64,000 nucleotides of DNA from Hormiphora californensis (GCA_020137815.1 CM035357.1:8060001-8124000); one strand, 5' to 3'; positions 28,101 to 59,429 are shown, counted from the first letter of the stretch. The notes: generated by a model from the sequence alone, not told the origin. Numbers and translations are program-made.

Positions 28101-31100
28101 CAGTTGTTTGCTTCATTTAAAAAATTCTATTGAAATACTTCAATCAGCTGCAGATTTTGTTTGAAGTATTGTCCACTCAGAAGATACTTCACTTCATTTA
28201 CTTCAATTTGAAAATGCTTCATAAATCAGTTGCAGATTTTGTTTGAAGTATTTTCAAATCAGAAGATACTTCACTTCATTTACTTCAATTTGAAAATGCT
28301 TCATAAATCTGTGGAATTCAAATGCTTCTTGTCGCATCCAGAAAAAATACTTCATAACTTAAGAATACTTCATTTTTTATTATAATATGTGCCATTTATA
28401 ACACAAGTCCGGCCAAATGAAGTAATTTCCAAGATTTGTTCTTTGCTGCAGCATCATCATGATGAAGGTCGAACGGAGGCGATCCCTATAATAATTATTC
28501 TATTCTGAGTAATTATAATTATCGTTCACATCTCGAATTACTCATCCTCACCGTCACAACTACGTCACTCCAATCTCATTCTTCGAACTTAGAACCCCAC
28601 ATTCAAAGGTAGCATTATGTTCCAGTACCGTACTGTCGTAACGACACAACACAACCAGTTGTTAGGTAACTCAACAAGTGGAGAAGAGATGTCTGGGGGC
28701 CGGGGTGATCATGATTCTGGGATTATCTCTATGTAAGAGTGTCACTCTGAGACAAAGAGAGAGAGACACCACAAACAGTGTTGTCAAACACTGACCTCAT
28801 AAGGTTTTATAAGTTATTGCCCTAGCGTTTGGTTTCAAATTTACATCATTCCGAAAGGCTAGGGGGCCAGCTGCAGCTGGTTTGAAAACTCAACCTGTCT
28901 GGAGTTCAAATAGTAGCTAACGGACATCCGTGTGTATCGTATCATGCTGCAGCGGTACAATGTTTCTGTCACTCTCAGACATTTGTTGTAAAATAGTAAA
29001 AAATATAGGGTAAGCCATTTCTCCCACCACACGCAGCTGCTGCTTAGTTAGCCACCATGTACATTGAATGTATACCCGTTTCGTTTTGTCTCTCCTATTG
29101 CAATTACAATAAACCGTTTTTATTATGATAATAATTATTGTTATCAGGACGTGATTTAAAAGCACGTTACCCTGTTTTTGATGAAACTTCGGAGCCACGA
29201 GGGTTAATTGACTATGACTATGACTATGACTATGACTATGGTCTGTCATGGTCTGTCATGGTCTGTCATGGTCTGTCATGCTATAGAGATATCGATAAAG
29301 AAAGAGTAAAAAGTAAGAGAAAGAGTGAGACAAATTTGATAAAAAGATAGAGAAAAAATAGAGTTAAAAGTGACAGGCGAGTTAGGAGGCAGGATGACCT
29401 AGGGAAGGGGGTGAGTTAGGAGGCAGGATGACCTGGGGAAGGGGGTGAGTTAGGAGGCAGGATGACCTGGGGAAGGGGGTGAGTTAGGGGTCAGGATAAC
29501 CTAGGGAAGGGGGTGAGTTAGGAGGCAGGATGACCTAGGGAAGGGAGGTGAGTTAGGAGGCAGGATGACCTAGGGAAGGGGGTGAGTTAGGAGGCAGGAT
29601 AACCTAGGGAAGGGGGTGAGTTAGGGGTCAGGATAACCTAGGGAAGGGGGGTGAGTTAGGAGGCAGGATGACCTGGGGAAGGGGGTGAGTTAGGGGTCAG
29701 GATAACCTAGGGAAGGGGGTGAGTTAGGAGGCAGGATAACCTAGGGAAGGGGGTGAGTTAGGAGGCAGGATGACCTGGGGAAGGGGGGTGAGTTAGGAGG
29801 CAGGATAACCTAGGGAAGGGAGGTGAGTTAGGAGGCAGGATGACCTAGGGAAGGGGGTGAGTTAGGGGTCAGGATAACCTAGGGAAGGGGGTGAGTTAGG
29901 AGGCAGGATGACCTGGGGAAGGGGGTGAGTTAGGAGGTCAGGATAACCTAGGGAAGGGGGTGAGTTAGGAGGCAGGATGACCTAGGGAAGGGAGGTGAGT
30001 TAGGAGGCAGGATGACCTAGGGAAGGGGGTGAGTTAGGAGGCAGGATAACCTAGGGAAGGGGGTGAGTTAGGGGTCAGGATAACCTAGGGAAGGGGGGTG
30101 AGTTAGGAGGCAGGATGACCTGGGGAAGGGGGTGAGTTAGGGGTCAGGATAACCTAGGGAAGGGGGTGAGTTAGGAGGCAGGATAACCTAGGGAAGGGGG
30201 TGAGTTAGGAGGCAGGATGACCTGGGGAAGGGGGTGAGTTAGGAGGCAGGATAACCTAGGGAAGGGAGGTGAGTTAGGAGGCAGGATGACCTAGGGAAGG
30301 GGGTGAGTTAGGGGTCAGGATAACCTAGGGAAGGGGGTGAGTTAGGAGGCAGGATGACCTGGGGAAGGGGGTGAGTTAGGGGTCAGGATAACCTAAGGAA
30401 GTGGGGTGAGTTAGGAGGCAGGATGACCTGGGGAAGGGGGGGTGAGTTAGGGGTCAGGATAACCTGGGGAAGGGGGGTGAGTTACGAGGCAGGATGACCT
30501 GGGGAAGGGGGTGAGTTAGGAGGCAGGATGACCTGGGGAAGGGGGTGAGTTAGGAGGCAGGATGACCTGGGGAAGGGGGGTGAGTTAGGGGTCAGGATAA
30601 CCTGGGGAAGGGGGTGAGTTAGGAGGCAGGATGACCTGGGGAAGGGGGTGAGTTAGGAGGCAGGATGACCTAGGGAAGGGGGGTGAGTTAGGGGTCAGGA
30701 TGACCTAGGGAAGGGGGGTGAGTTAGGAGGCAGGATGACCTGGGGAAGGGGGGTGAGTTAGGAGGCAGGATGACCTGGGGAAGGGGGTGAGTTAGGAGGC
30801 AGGATGACCTGGGGAAGGGGGTGAGTTAGGAGGCAGGATAACCTAGGGAAGGGGGTGAGTTAGGGGTCAGGATAACCTAGGGAAGGGGGGTGAGTTAGGA
30901 GGCAGGATGACCTGGGGAAGGGGGTGAGTTAGGGGTCAGGATAACCTAGGGAAGGGGGTGAGTTAGGAGGCAGGATAACCTAGGGAAGGGGGTGAGTTAG
31001 GAGGCAGGATGACCTGGGGAAGGGGGGTGAGTTAGGAGGCAGGATAACCTAGGGAAGGGAGGTGAGTTAGGAGGCAGGATGACCTAGGGAAGGGGGTGAG

Positions 31101-34100
31101 TTAGGGGTCAGGATAACCTAGGGAAGGGGGTGAGTTAGGAGGCAGGATGACCTGGGGAAGGGGGTGAGTTAGGGGTCAGGATAACCTAAGGAAGTGGGGT
31201 GAGTTAGGAGGCAGGATGACCTGGGGAAGGGGGGTGAGTTAGGGGTCAGGATAACCTGGGGAAGGGGGGTGAGTTACGAGGCAGGATGACCTGGGGAAGG
31301 GGGTGAGTTAGGAGGCAGGATGACCTGGGGAAGGGGGTGAGTTAGGAGGCAGGATGACCTGGGGAAGGGGGGTGAGTTAGGGGTCAGGATAACCTGGGGA
31401 AGGGGGTGAGTTAGGAGGCAGGATGACCTGGGGAAGGGGGTGAGTTAGGAGGCAGGATGACCTAGGGAAGGGGGGTGAGTTAGGGGTCAGGATGACCTAG
31501 GGAAGGGGGGTGAGTTAGGAGGCAGGATGACCTGGGGAAGGGGGGTGAGTTAGGAGGCAGGATGACCTGGGGAAGGGGGTGAGTTAGGAGGCAGGATGAC
31601 CTGGGGAAGGGGGGTGAGTGAGGGCCTGTCACCTTATATCCCTTTGTCACCCCTGTCACCTTATCTCCAATTGTAACCCCTGTCACTTTGCCTCCCATTG
31701 TAACCCCTGTCACTTTGCCTCCCACTGTCTCCCATGTCACTGAACTATCACACTCACGGGAATTTGAAATGTTTGTAAAAAATTAAAGAATACGGATACA
31801 AATCATCCAAATATTAACAAAATATATTGTCATCTAACTGTTCTGTCCTTACATTCCCACACTCCTAGACAAATACTCCTCTTCGTGAATAACCCGAATG
31901 GAGACAATCTCACTCCCGTTCCCTCTCATCGATATTATCTCTCTGTCAGACCCTTTCTCTATCTCTCAGCAACCGACCGGACCAAATAAACAACCAATCC
32001 GAGCTCATTATTCAGGTCACGTGACTGGTTATCAGCCAATCGATTGTTAAAACATGTAATGAACTGGCCTGTGTGTCTGTCTGTGTGTCTGTCTGTGATC
32101 TGTTTGTATGTCTGTGATCTGTTTGTATGTCTGTCATATTTTATGAACACGGACCTGTGTAGAGGTCGGAAGAAAATTCTTGAATCTCCAATCTCCATGT
32201 TTCACTCTGATATTACAAGCCGAACTCAACCAATTTCAAAGTATGACTCGTACCGGAACAGATTAATCTTCCAGATTTTATCTGCAGGTTCGTCTTAGTT
32301 TGAGGGTTGCCATAGCGTTTTTCTGTTTTCGCTCAATTTATCAGCACCATGATTTTAACATTCCGCCCGAAGGGCGGGCGGCCCATCTCTTTATGCTGCT
32401 GCAGGCTGCTGCAGGCTGCTGCAGTTGTAATTTGTGCGTCTGTTTGTCTGTGCGTCTGTTTGTCTGCAGCTGCTGCTCTGGAGTTACTTTCAAGACTAGC
32501 AAGAATTCTAACACATTTTATACTTCACTGCGTGTTAAATGAAAATTAACTTCGTTTGTGATTTTATCCAAAATATTGAAGTAAGATTGCGATTTTGAAG
32601 CACATGTACACTTTTGTTCGATTAAGTTACTTTTAGGCATTTTGAATACAGTTCTGAAGAAGTATTTTTAGGAATGAAGTAATTACTGAAGTATATGCAA
32701 GTGAAGTACTTTTTAGGTGCTTTTGTTGCTATTATGATGAAGTATTTTTTTGAGTGAAGTAATTACTGAAGTATCTACCACGAAAAATTATGCTTCAGTC
32801 GATATCAGTCTAGCAACGGAAGTATTTTCAAAACTGTAATATAAGTGAAGTAACCAACAGAGTAAGGCATCAATTTTGATGCCTGACATCAATTTGAGAC
32901 AAATTTGATGATAGCTGATAATTGGAAGTCCTGCAGAATTCCTTCAGGATTCTTGTGGTATAAGTCATAAATCGTTTGACGTACTATTTGGGCTTCTATG
33001 ACAATTTTAGTTCCGAAAAACCCTCTAAAAAACTTTAAAGTCGATTTTCTCGAAACTTAAAAAATGCAAATACTTCATTCTAAAAAAAAGGGGCTCCTCA
33101 ACCTTTGTAACCTAAAGATAAACCTTTTAAATTGTGACTTGTTAATTATAAATAGTTAGTATTGTATACCTAAAAGTTGACAGTCTCTCCAGCCACTTTT
33201 TTTTCAGAAATTTTGTTCAAAAAATCCAATCACCATGGAACTTTGGGATTGACATAGAAAACACCTAAAAACATTTTAGCAAAGTCTCAGCACCAGCAAA
33301 AAATCCTTTTGGTAGTTTTGATGCCAAAAACATACTTCCCGGGGTGCTTGACCTCCGAAAACCCCAGCAATTTTGAATGAGGGTGTAGATTATAGTCTGT
33401 ATGAAGTTTCATGACCTAATCTTGCCAACTATTTTATGAATTACTTACACATATAGTTCCCTCGCATCCGTGTTTCTGATGAAAGTCAAGCATGGTTTTA
33501 AACGGATAGGAACAAACCACATCGGCATTGAGAACAAAGAATGGCCTATCTTTGTACTCCAGAAGTTCGTTTCGTGCCAATGCCAGGGGTCCAGCTATGG
33601 AAAATATGTTGTAACCAATAAAATATAAATGGGGGAATATTTTTACGAAATAGGTAGTGTGGAAACCTGAGTGTGTGCAATAGTGTGAGGAATACCACCA
33701 ACTATACCTGTTCCAAGTGGTTCATCCTCATAAGAAAGTGTGATCCGGATTCCCAATCTTTCCTCGTGCTTCTTTAGTTCCGTTTCCATGACATCAGCTC
33801 TGTATCCTACACCCAGAATCACGTGAGTCACTCCCGCCTCCACCAGTGCTTCTATCTGTAAGGGTCACGAAACAAGCTCAGTTTAGCTGGATTGTATATT
33901 GTGGTTATAATGTTCTCGCACGCTGGTCTGTTGTTCAATAACATCCCACGCAAGCAGGGTGTTATTGAAGGAAAGATCCCAACAGCGAAGCCGTTTTTGA
34001 GCATTTCCAGCCAGTTTATTTGGAATTTGATGACTGAAGCACATCCTATCCTATGAAACTTTAGGATTGACATAGAAAATACCCAAAAAAAGCATTGGGG

Positions 34101-36466
34101 GGGGGGTGCGACATGTTAATTTTGTTAACTTTGTTAATATTAACATCAAGAAAACAGGTGATTTATTAACAAAATTAACAAAAAGTTAACAAACGTTAAC
34201 AAATGCCATTTATGCCATCTAAATCACCTTTAGCGCGTGTTTTGGTATTTAACACTTGTTCTGCGAGCAAAGTTGTTCCTTTTGCACGATTTGCACACTC
34301 CTACTAACCTCTACTACGGATTTTCTACAGCGATTTGTTCCATTGTGTAAATTTTAATAAAAACTAGCCAAACTAAACCGCAATTGAAGTCAATTGACCC
34401 TAATCCACCTTTTTTAAACCCTAAAAACTAATTGAGACTCATGAATTTACCATAAAACAAAAATATATCAAAAATTAATTTTTCTAAAAAAACACAAGGA
34501 TTTGTAGCGAATCAAATTTTCAATTTTTGACCAAAAAATTGATTTTGGAAATATTTTGTTTCTTTTTCCGACAGAAACGTTGTACATCATCTTCTTTCGT
34601 TCAAAGAATCGATTATCGATGAAAAAATCACGTTAAAGAGAGATTTTATACGCTAAATTGAAATCTTTGTAACTTTTGGATTTTATCGATTTTGAGCCAA
34701 AAAACATGTATGGCGGACTTTGGTTATCGGAAGAGGCCTTGTTTGGGTATATACATGTCACCTGACACGCTCCCTCAGTATGCTTCAATGACGATCCTTG
34801 TTTTCAAGCATCCGAGGTGATTCGATCGAGATTGGCTCATGTAACCAAGGTGAGACGCTATGGCTTGACCCTCCCCTACTGGTAACGAGCCTGGTTCTTT
34901 TCGTCACATCTCTTTAATGAGATGATACGATCACTTATTACTCACTCGGTGTCAGATGACATTAACACTCAGCAGATCACATGTGTCACTCACCAGCTAG
35001 CTTTGGTACATGTTACAACACTTGTCTGTGATTGGGTGACATTTGCCAAACATAATCCATACATTTATATGGTTTTCAGAATATCTGTTCATGAATGACT
35101 TAAATGAACACCACAAATTGAAAAATGAACTTTGAAATTTGACGTTAATTTTTCTTGTGAGCAAAGATCTTTGTTTAACCAATGTTGAAAATTTAAAAAA
35201 GATTAAACAAAAGGTTGTCGTGATACAGCTGATTGAAAGTTGCAGGAAGAGCCAAATTCATGCATGTGCATTTTCTCAACTGCCATGTGACCTGGTGCTT
35301 TAATTTGATTTTCATTGTGCTCATTGGAAAGATAAATTCAACCCAAACAAAATGGCTTACTCTCGGTAAATTAGAGTCCTCAGTTCATTAATGAACGCGT
35401 GAAAAGTTCTTGAATGAAAAATGAACTTTTGAATAAAAAACTCATACAAATTAAAAACAACAGCAGTTTTTAAGGTCTATACACATGTTTCATGGTGCCC
35501 CACGAGGAGGCACCAATCATCAGTAGACAAAGATCAAAATGAGAATGAATTGGGATAAAGTATGACTCCTTCATAAAAAACTCAAAATTTGCAAAAAGTT
35601 ACCAAGGAATTGTTCCAGCATGTTCCCGTAGTTTGTTTTTGCACAACTATCACCGTTTCGGAGGTACAGCTCGTCCCCCGGCCTCATAATTTATGGGCCA
35701 CCTTGTATGTGTTAGAAAAGTCATTAAACTATAAAATTAAACCAGTTAAAGTCGTATTATCAACCATTAAGAACAGTTTTTGCTGATTTGTTAACTTTGT
35801 TAATTTTGTTAATTAACGTTAATTAAAAAAATCGAAAAAAAGAGGTGATTTATTAACAATTAACATGTCGCCCCCCCCCCAAACCATTTTAGCAAAGTCT
35901 CAGCACCAGCACACATTCCTTTTTATGCCAAAAAACACTCTTCGAGCGGTATAAGAGCTCCGGAAACACCAGGAACCTTGAAATAGTCCAAGTATGAAGT
36001 TTCATAAGCTAATTTTATCAACTTTTTTCTGTGTGAAGCCCAACGCTTTTAAAGATCCCATATGAACACCATGTAGAACCAATAACCAATGGTCAATCCA
36101 ATCAATTAACCATCCTAATCCTTAGATGGCATTGAAAGGCTAAGTCGCGCACAACCGCCAAGTTTTTGATGTAACGAGTAGGACCAGAACACTAGAACAG
36201 TGTGATCCCTTCGGTGCGACCTCGCAAGTCGCATTGCCATCCAAGTACTAGACGAAGTCTTCTGATTTATCAAAAGCCCATATAATATATATATGTGTGC
36301 TACTTTTCCTGTTTATATTGCAAATTAGTTTCAAATCAAATCATTTGAAGTTTACCTGGTGAACAACTGTTGGTTTGTTGCAGAACTCAACGAGGGGCTT
36401 CGGGAGACTGAGGGTGAGAGGTCGTAGACGGGTACCAAACCCTCCCACAAGGATTAAAGCTTTCAT
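25183..36466 (-). CDS. GMPPB: Mannose-1-phosphate guanyltransferase beta (GDP-mannose pyrophosphorylase B), 10 exons
   Basis: Exons: 36466-36356, 33855-33708, 33594-33449, 27539-27384, 27314-27236, 26335-26222, 25982-25890, 25637-25534, 25446-25350, 25217-25183. All are GT-AG and in phase, giving ~360 aa. Motifs: [72 protein letters not shown], hexapeptide repeats, and C-terminal PNPAIIM*. Confidence 0.97.
26356..27170 (-). mobile_element. 5'-truncated non-LTR retrotransposon fragment (RTEX/L2/Daphne-like ORF2 C-terminus) with (CA)n tail
   Basis: Minus strand encodes [45 protein letters not shown], a CxxC..H..C zinc finger typical of LINE ORF2 ends. A 3' UTR hairpin lies at 26430-26482 and (TG)n at 26356-26370. 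The left (5') boundary is approximate. Confidence 0.75.
27822..33094. mobile_element. 5.3-kb non-coding TIR element with GAAGTA subterminal motifs, carrying a satellite
   Basis: 30-bp TIR GCCCCTTTTTTTTAGAATGAAGTATTTGCA at 27826-27855 and inverted at 33065-33094. Dense TGAAGTA/TACTTCA motifs occur near both ends. No transposase ORF. Confidence 0.8.
29378..31620 (+). repeat. G-rich 34-35-bp minisatellite (~65 copies)
   Basis: Unit GAGTTAGG(A/G)G(G/T)CAGGAT(G/A)ACCT(A/G)GGGAAGGGGGT, with higher-order repetition of variant blocks. Confidence 0.95.
34097..35880. mobile_element. 1.8-kb TIR element with poly-G termini, nested in a MITE in GMPPB intron 1
   Basis: G10-TGCGACATGTTAATT ... AATTAACATGTCG-C10, flanked by AAAGCATT/AAACCATT. 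A deleted relative lies at 62313-62890. Confidence 0.8.
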
Positions 36467-36484
36467 CCTAGTTTGTATTTAGGT

Positions 36485-37306
36485 TAGGGTAAGCTGGGGT
36501 CAAAGTGGCCCACTTTTAACGTTTTAGGTTCTAAAATACGCATACGTATATACAGCAGGAAGAAAACATATATACATATATAGGCTATCCAATGAAACCT
36601 TTTCCTTTCAGCCGAGCTCAAATAATTTGGTGAGGCTTTTTTTGGAAAATTTGCACCGGGGCAAAGTGGCCCAAGCCAATATACTCGGATTTTTTGAAAC
36701 TGTCACCCCCCTGAAATAACAAAATTTGTCATATCTCCGGTTCCTGATAAGATAGAGACTTGAAATTTGGAGGTTCGGAAGAACTTAGCAAGATCTTCGT
36801 AACTTCCAAATTTCAAGTCTCTATCTTATCAGGAACCGGACTTATGGTCATTTAAAGAAATTTGAAAACTCTAGGGGTTGACAGTTTCAAAAAATCCGAC
36901 TTTAGCATTGCTCGATTTTATCACGTGCCTGGTGTTGTTAGAAACGATCAAATTAGGGCCAAATTGGCCCATGTTCTGCACCGGAACATGGGCCACTTTG
37001 CCCCTAATTTGACCGTCTGGACTACATTTTTGTGCATTCCAATGTCACGTGGTATTGGTCCTAGAGGTGGGCCACTTTGCCCCAGACCGGACCACTTTGC
37101 CCCGGAGAGTGGGCCATATTTGCCCCGATTTCACAAAATTGCCAATTTCTTCAAAATTTTTATACCACATTTTAGAGAATTATAAAGCCTAACTGGCAGT
37201 TTTTTGCTGGAGAAAAAGTCACGTAACCACATGTTATTACTAGGGCCACTTTGCCCCATACATGGGCCACATTACCCCGTGGGCCATTTCACCCCAGTTT
37301 ACCCTA
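36485..37306. mobile_element. TIR element with GGGTAA termini and GGGCCAC subterminal repeats, containing a nested palindromic MITE (~36685-36903)
   Basis: TAGGGTAAGCTGGGGTCAAAGTGGCCC ... GGGCCATTTCACCCCAGTTTACCCTA. Confidence 0.75.
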
Positions 37307-37828
37307 TAGTATACTAGAGTACCCATTTCCTGGGAACCCGTGACCTGCATTTGGGCCAAATTTATCATCAGATTAACTATATGTAGCATTTTTGTTTTGG
37401 CACTTCGATTTGTAGCACAAACACGCTACGGTAACTTTAACGCAGTTTGAGCGTGTTCCGAACTTGGTATACGCTGCAGGTCCCTTAAAAGGGGCCTGAA
37501 GGGAAGGCGGCGCTAGGGGGGGGGGGGAATACATAATCAATCATATCTCCGGTTCCTGATAAGCTACAGAAATCGGGCAGGTCGGAAGAATCTCGACACC
37601 GAAATATATATGTATTTCAAATACATATGTATTTCAAACACACATGTCTATTTCAACTGAAATTTTAGACGGCCATAGCTCCACCCCCTGATAAGATAGA
37701 GACTTGAAATTTGTTTTGTAGGGAGATCATATAGAATTCTTCGTACAAAACAAATTTCAAGTCTCTATCTCATCAGGGAGTGGAGTTATGACCGTGGGAA
37801 ATTTCACAAAAACCCGAGTGAGGGACAT

Positions 37829-38340
37829 AAAGTGCGTTTCAAACGACTTGACCTGAGATTCCTGGAAATTCAGGATTTCCCCTTTGTAAATACACACGCA
37901 ATGCGCCAAATTCCAAGAATTACGGTTCAAGGGCCAGCGTTAAAATCTGGGTGTTTTGGGAGTGCTGACAAACGGTTTTTTAGGGTTAGGGCTAAAGTAG
38001 GGTTAGGGTTAGGGTTAGGGTTGGGGTTTGGGTTGGGGATAGGCCTTAACATTCCCTACCATATAAACTTTGAATCAGCCAATACGGTTGAGTGGTTTGG
38101 CGGTTAGAGCCATTTTAGTGAATCAACTTTTTTGGCAGCGCACACCTAGGCTGTAAACAGGCCTCCAAACACCCAGATCGTAACGGCGCCCCGAGTCAAG
38201 TCGCTTGAAACGGACTTTAAAGTCCGTTTCAAGCGACTTGACTCGTAATTCTTGGAATTTGGCGCATTGCGCGTGTCTTTACAAAGGGGAAATCCTTAAT
38301 TTCCAGGAATCTCAGGTCAAGTCGTTTGAAACGCACTTTA
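37829..38340. mobile_element. Palindromic MITE with a nested element bearing TTAGGG-like repeats
   Basis: AAAGTGCGTTTCAAACGACTTGACCTGAGATTCC arms at 37829-37925 and inverted at ~38245-38340. (TTAGGG)-like units at 37980-38035. Confidence 0.7.
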
Positions 38341-38716
38341 AAGTGCGATTTTTAATAATGCGAACCGCTCACGCGCACTGTCTGGCGGCGCCAGACCCCA
38401 ATTTGACAGTGCGCTCAGATGGGTCGCGGCGCCAGACAGCACGCGCATTAATAATAATATAATTCTATTTGCGCGTGCTAAATCCGGTTTCTGATAAGAT
38501 AGAGACTTGTCATTGGTCGCATTGGAAAGATAACATTTTTCTCTTTCCAACTCAACCAGGATCAAGTCTTTATCTTATCAGGAGCCAGAGATATGATCGA
38601 AACAACCGACAAAAAACTTTCCCACGGTGCGTGGGAATTTTTTGCGGTTCGCTTTTTTAAAAATCGGACTTTAGTTTGGGGTGTACTTTAGCGCGCGCTG
38701 ATCTTTCTCCGCTGCA

Positions 38717-39354
38717 TTTAAATATGAGGCCCCTCGGAAATGTTCAAGTCATGCACAATCAAGTCACGAGCTGTAGCACTGGCGGGTTTACTATCCTGCG
38801 ACACAACGAGATTAGAGATACCCTTGCAGATATTATTACCCATGCAGGATACAAGGGTGTTGAAATTGAGAAAGTGTTGCAGCCAGTTAACCCAGATGAC
38901 TACCCCCGAAGTGTCAATACAGCACCTGATGCTCGCAGTGACGTGTATGCCATTGGGTTGTGGAGAGGACTACAGGGGGGCCCACGTGGACGTTGCAGTG
39001 TTTCATCCTACTGCACCCAGTTACAGAGGAAAAGACCCAAAATCTCTGTACAAAATGAATGAAAGTCGGAAGAAACGTGATTACCAACAAAGAATCAGAG
39101 AATCGGAGAGAGGGGCTTTCACCCCGTTTGTTATGGCTACTTCCGGAGGTTCCGGACTAGAGGCAGAACGACTAATCAAAAAGCTCGCTTCACGCATCTC
39201 TACCAAACACAAGGATAAATATGCTGAAGTGATTAATTTCCTGAGAACGCGGATACGATTCTGTCTCCTCAGAAGTACTCTGGTCTCACTCAGGGGCACG
39301 AGGAAAAAGTTCACGACTCCACCACCCATTGCAATGTGTGATTTTACTGACTGA
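38717..39354 (+). mobile_element. 5'-truncated CRE-clade-like non-LTR retrotransposon fragment (zinc knuckle end plus restriction-like endonuclease), frameshifted
   Basis: CSTGGFTILRHNEIRD...ARSDV..GLW, then after a frameshift DVAVFHPTAPSY...ESRKKRDY..RI..SERGAFTPFVMATSGG.G.EA...RIRFCLLRS..LRGTR. An AT-rich tail follows. Confidence 0.8.
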
Positions 39355-40182
39355 CTTTTTATTTATAATATTTATTGTTTATTTGAGTGAGTGATTTTAA
39401 GATTTATTTATTACTAACCCCAACACCGGGGGCAAATGATCGAACCCAATGTGAATGAGACTCATCGCGATTAACTCTTCATACGGTTACCCCCTTTCTC
39501 TCTTCGGCAGCTTCTCTTCGGCTGTTGGAAAGTGATGCCAATCGGTGTTGGGGTTAGTGAATTTATCAAGTCACGCCCACCAATCACAGCTCAGAACGCG
39601 CGGAGTGCTTCGTCTTTGTTTCTTGACCAATTTCGTCAAACCAAAGCTTCCTTTTGATACCAAAATTTAGTCTGCGCTTTGAACAGACGCCTGTTTTTGG
39701 GCTGTAGGGCCAACTTTGATTCAAAAACGCGCAAAGAGAACGAATCTGGTTCAAATATGGGCCTCTGCTGCACGTTTTGTGTCAAAATTGAGAGATCTCG
39801 CGAGCCTATCGGACATGACCACATAGTGTGTTGTGGGGTAGCGCCTGACTACGCTGCAGAGAAATCTATAACGGAAGGACTGTGGCTGACGCGATTGAAA
39901 GGGATATCAGCACCCCCAGCTTTGCTTTACTCGACTGAGGAGGAGTGAAACATTTGAAAAGGTTTATTTGGCACCAGATAGGACTCCTGAAGAGAGGGCA
40001 GCGAGAAGGACACTAGTGGAGGAATTGAAAGGGAAAAGGGCTGAGTTTCCGGACAAGACCTTTTTCATCAGGGGAGGAAAGGTGGAGGAGTCGGTGGTTG
40101 ATGAATGATGATCAGTGAGGTTGTGTGTTTGTGTGTTGAGTTAGGCCGGGACAATTTGTAATTTGGACTATATTTTATGGAC

Positions 40183-40358
40183 TACAGTCGGACCCCGATT
40201 TAGGGCCCCCCGATTTAGTGGCACCCCGATTTAGGGACAGGATTTTTTTCCCCCGATATAGGAAATTAACCTTATTTGACCCCGATTTAGTGGACACCCC
40301 GATTTAGTGGACAAGAGCCTTTCCCCCGAGGGTGTCCCTAAATCGGGGTCCGACTGTA
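40183..40358. mobile_element. CAGTCGGACCCCGATTTA MITE (Tc1/mariner-like, TA TSD)
   Basis: Perfect TIRs and internal CCCCGATTTAG repeats. A near-identical inverted copy lies at 60769-60940, and shorter relatives at ~9541-9607 and ~2545-2580. Confidence 0.9.
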
Positions 40359-40560
40359 TTTAGTTTGGACACTTTATATGAGCAATGGTGAACCGCTCTG
40401 ATCGCCGTGTAGATATCTAGGTTTTAATTCTAGTAACCTATATGGTATGAGCGTGTATACAAATGCTGCTATTATTATTATTTTTATTATTATAGTTTAA
40501 TTTTAATTCTAATGATTCTCTCTTGCAATGTGATTAGAAGTAAAGAGCGAGATAAGGAGG

Positions 40561-59429
<18,869 letters not shown>

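Noticed and set aside
37980-38035. Telomere or chromosome-fusion relic (TTAGGG)n; also 47325-47365
   Set aside because: Only a few degenerate units, located inside MITE-like elements.
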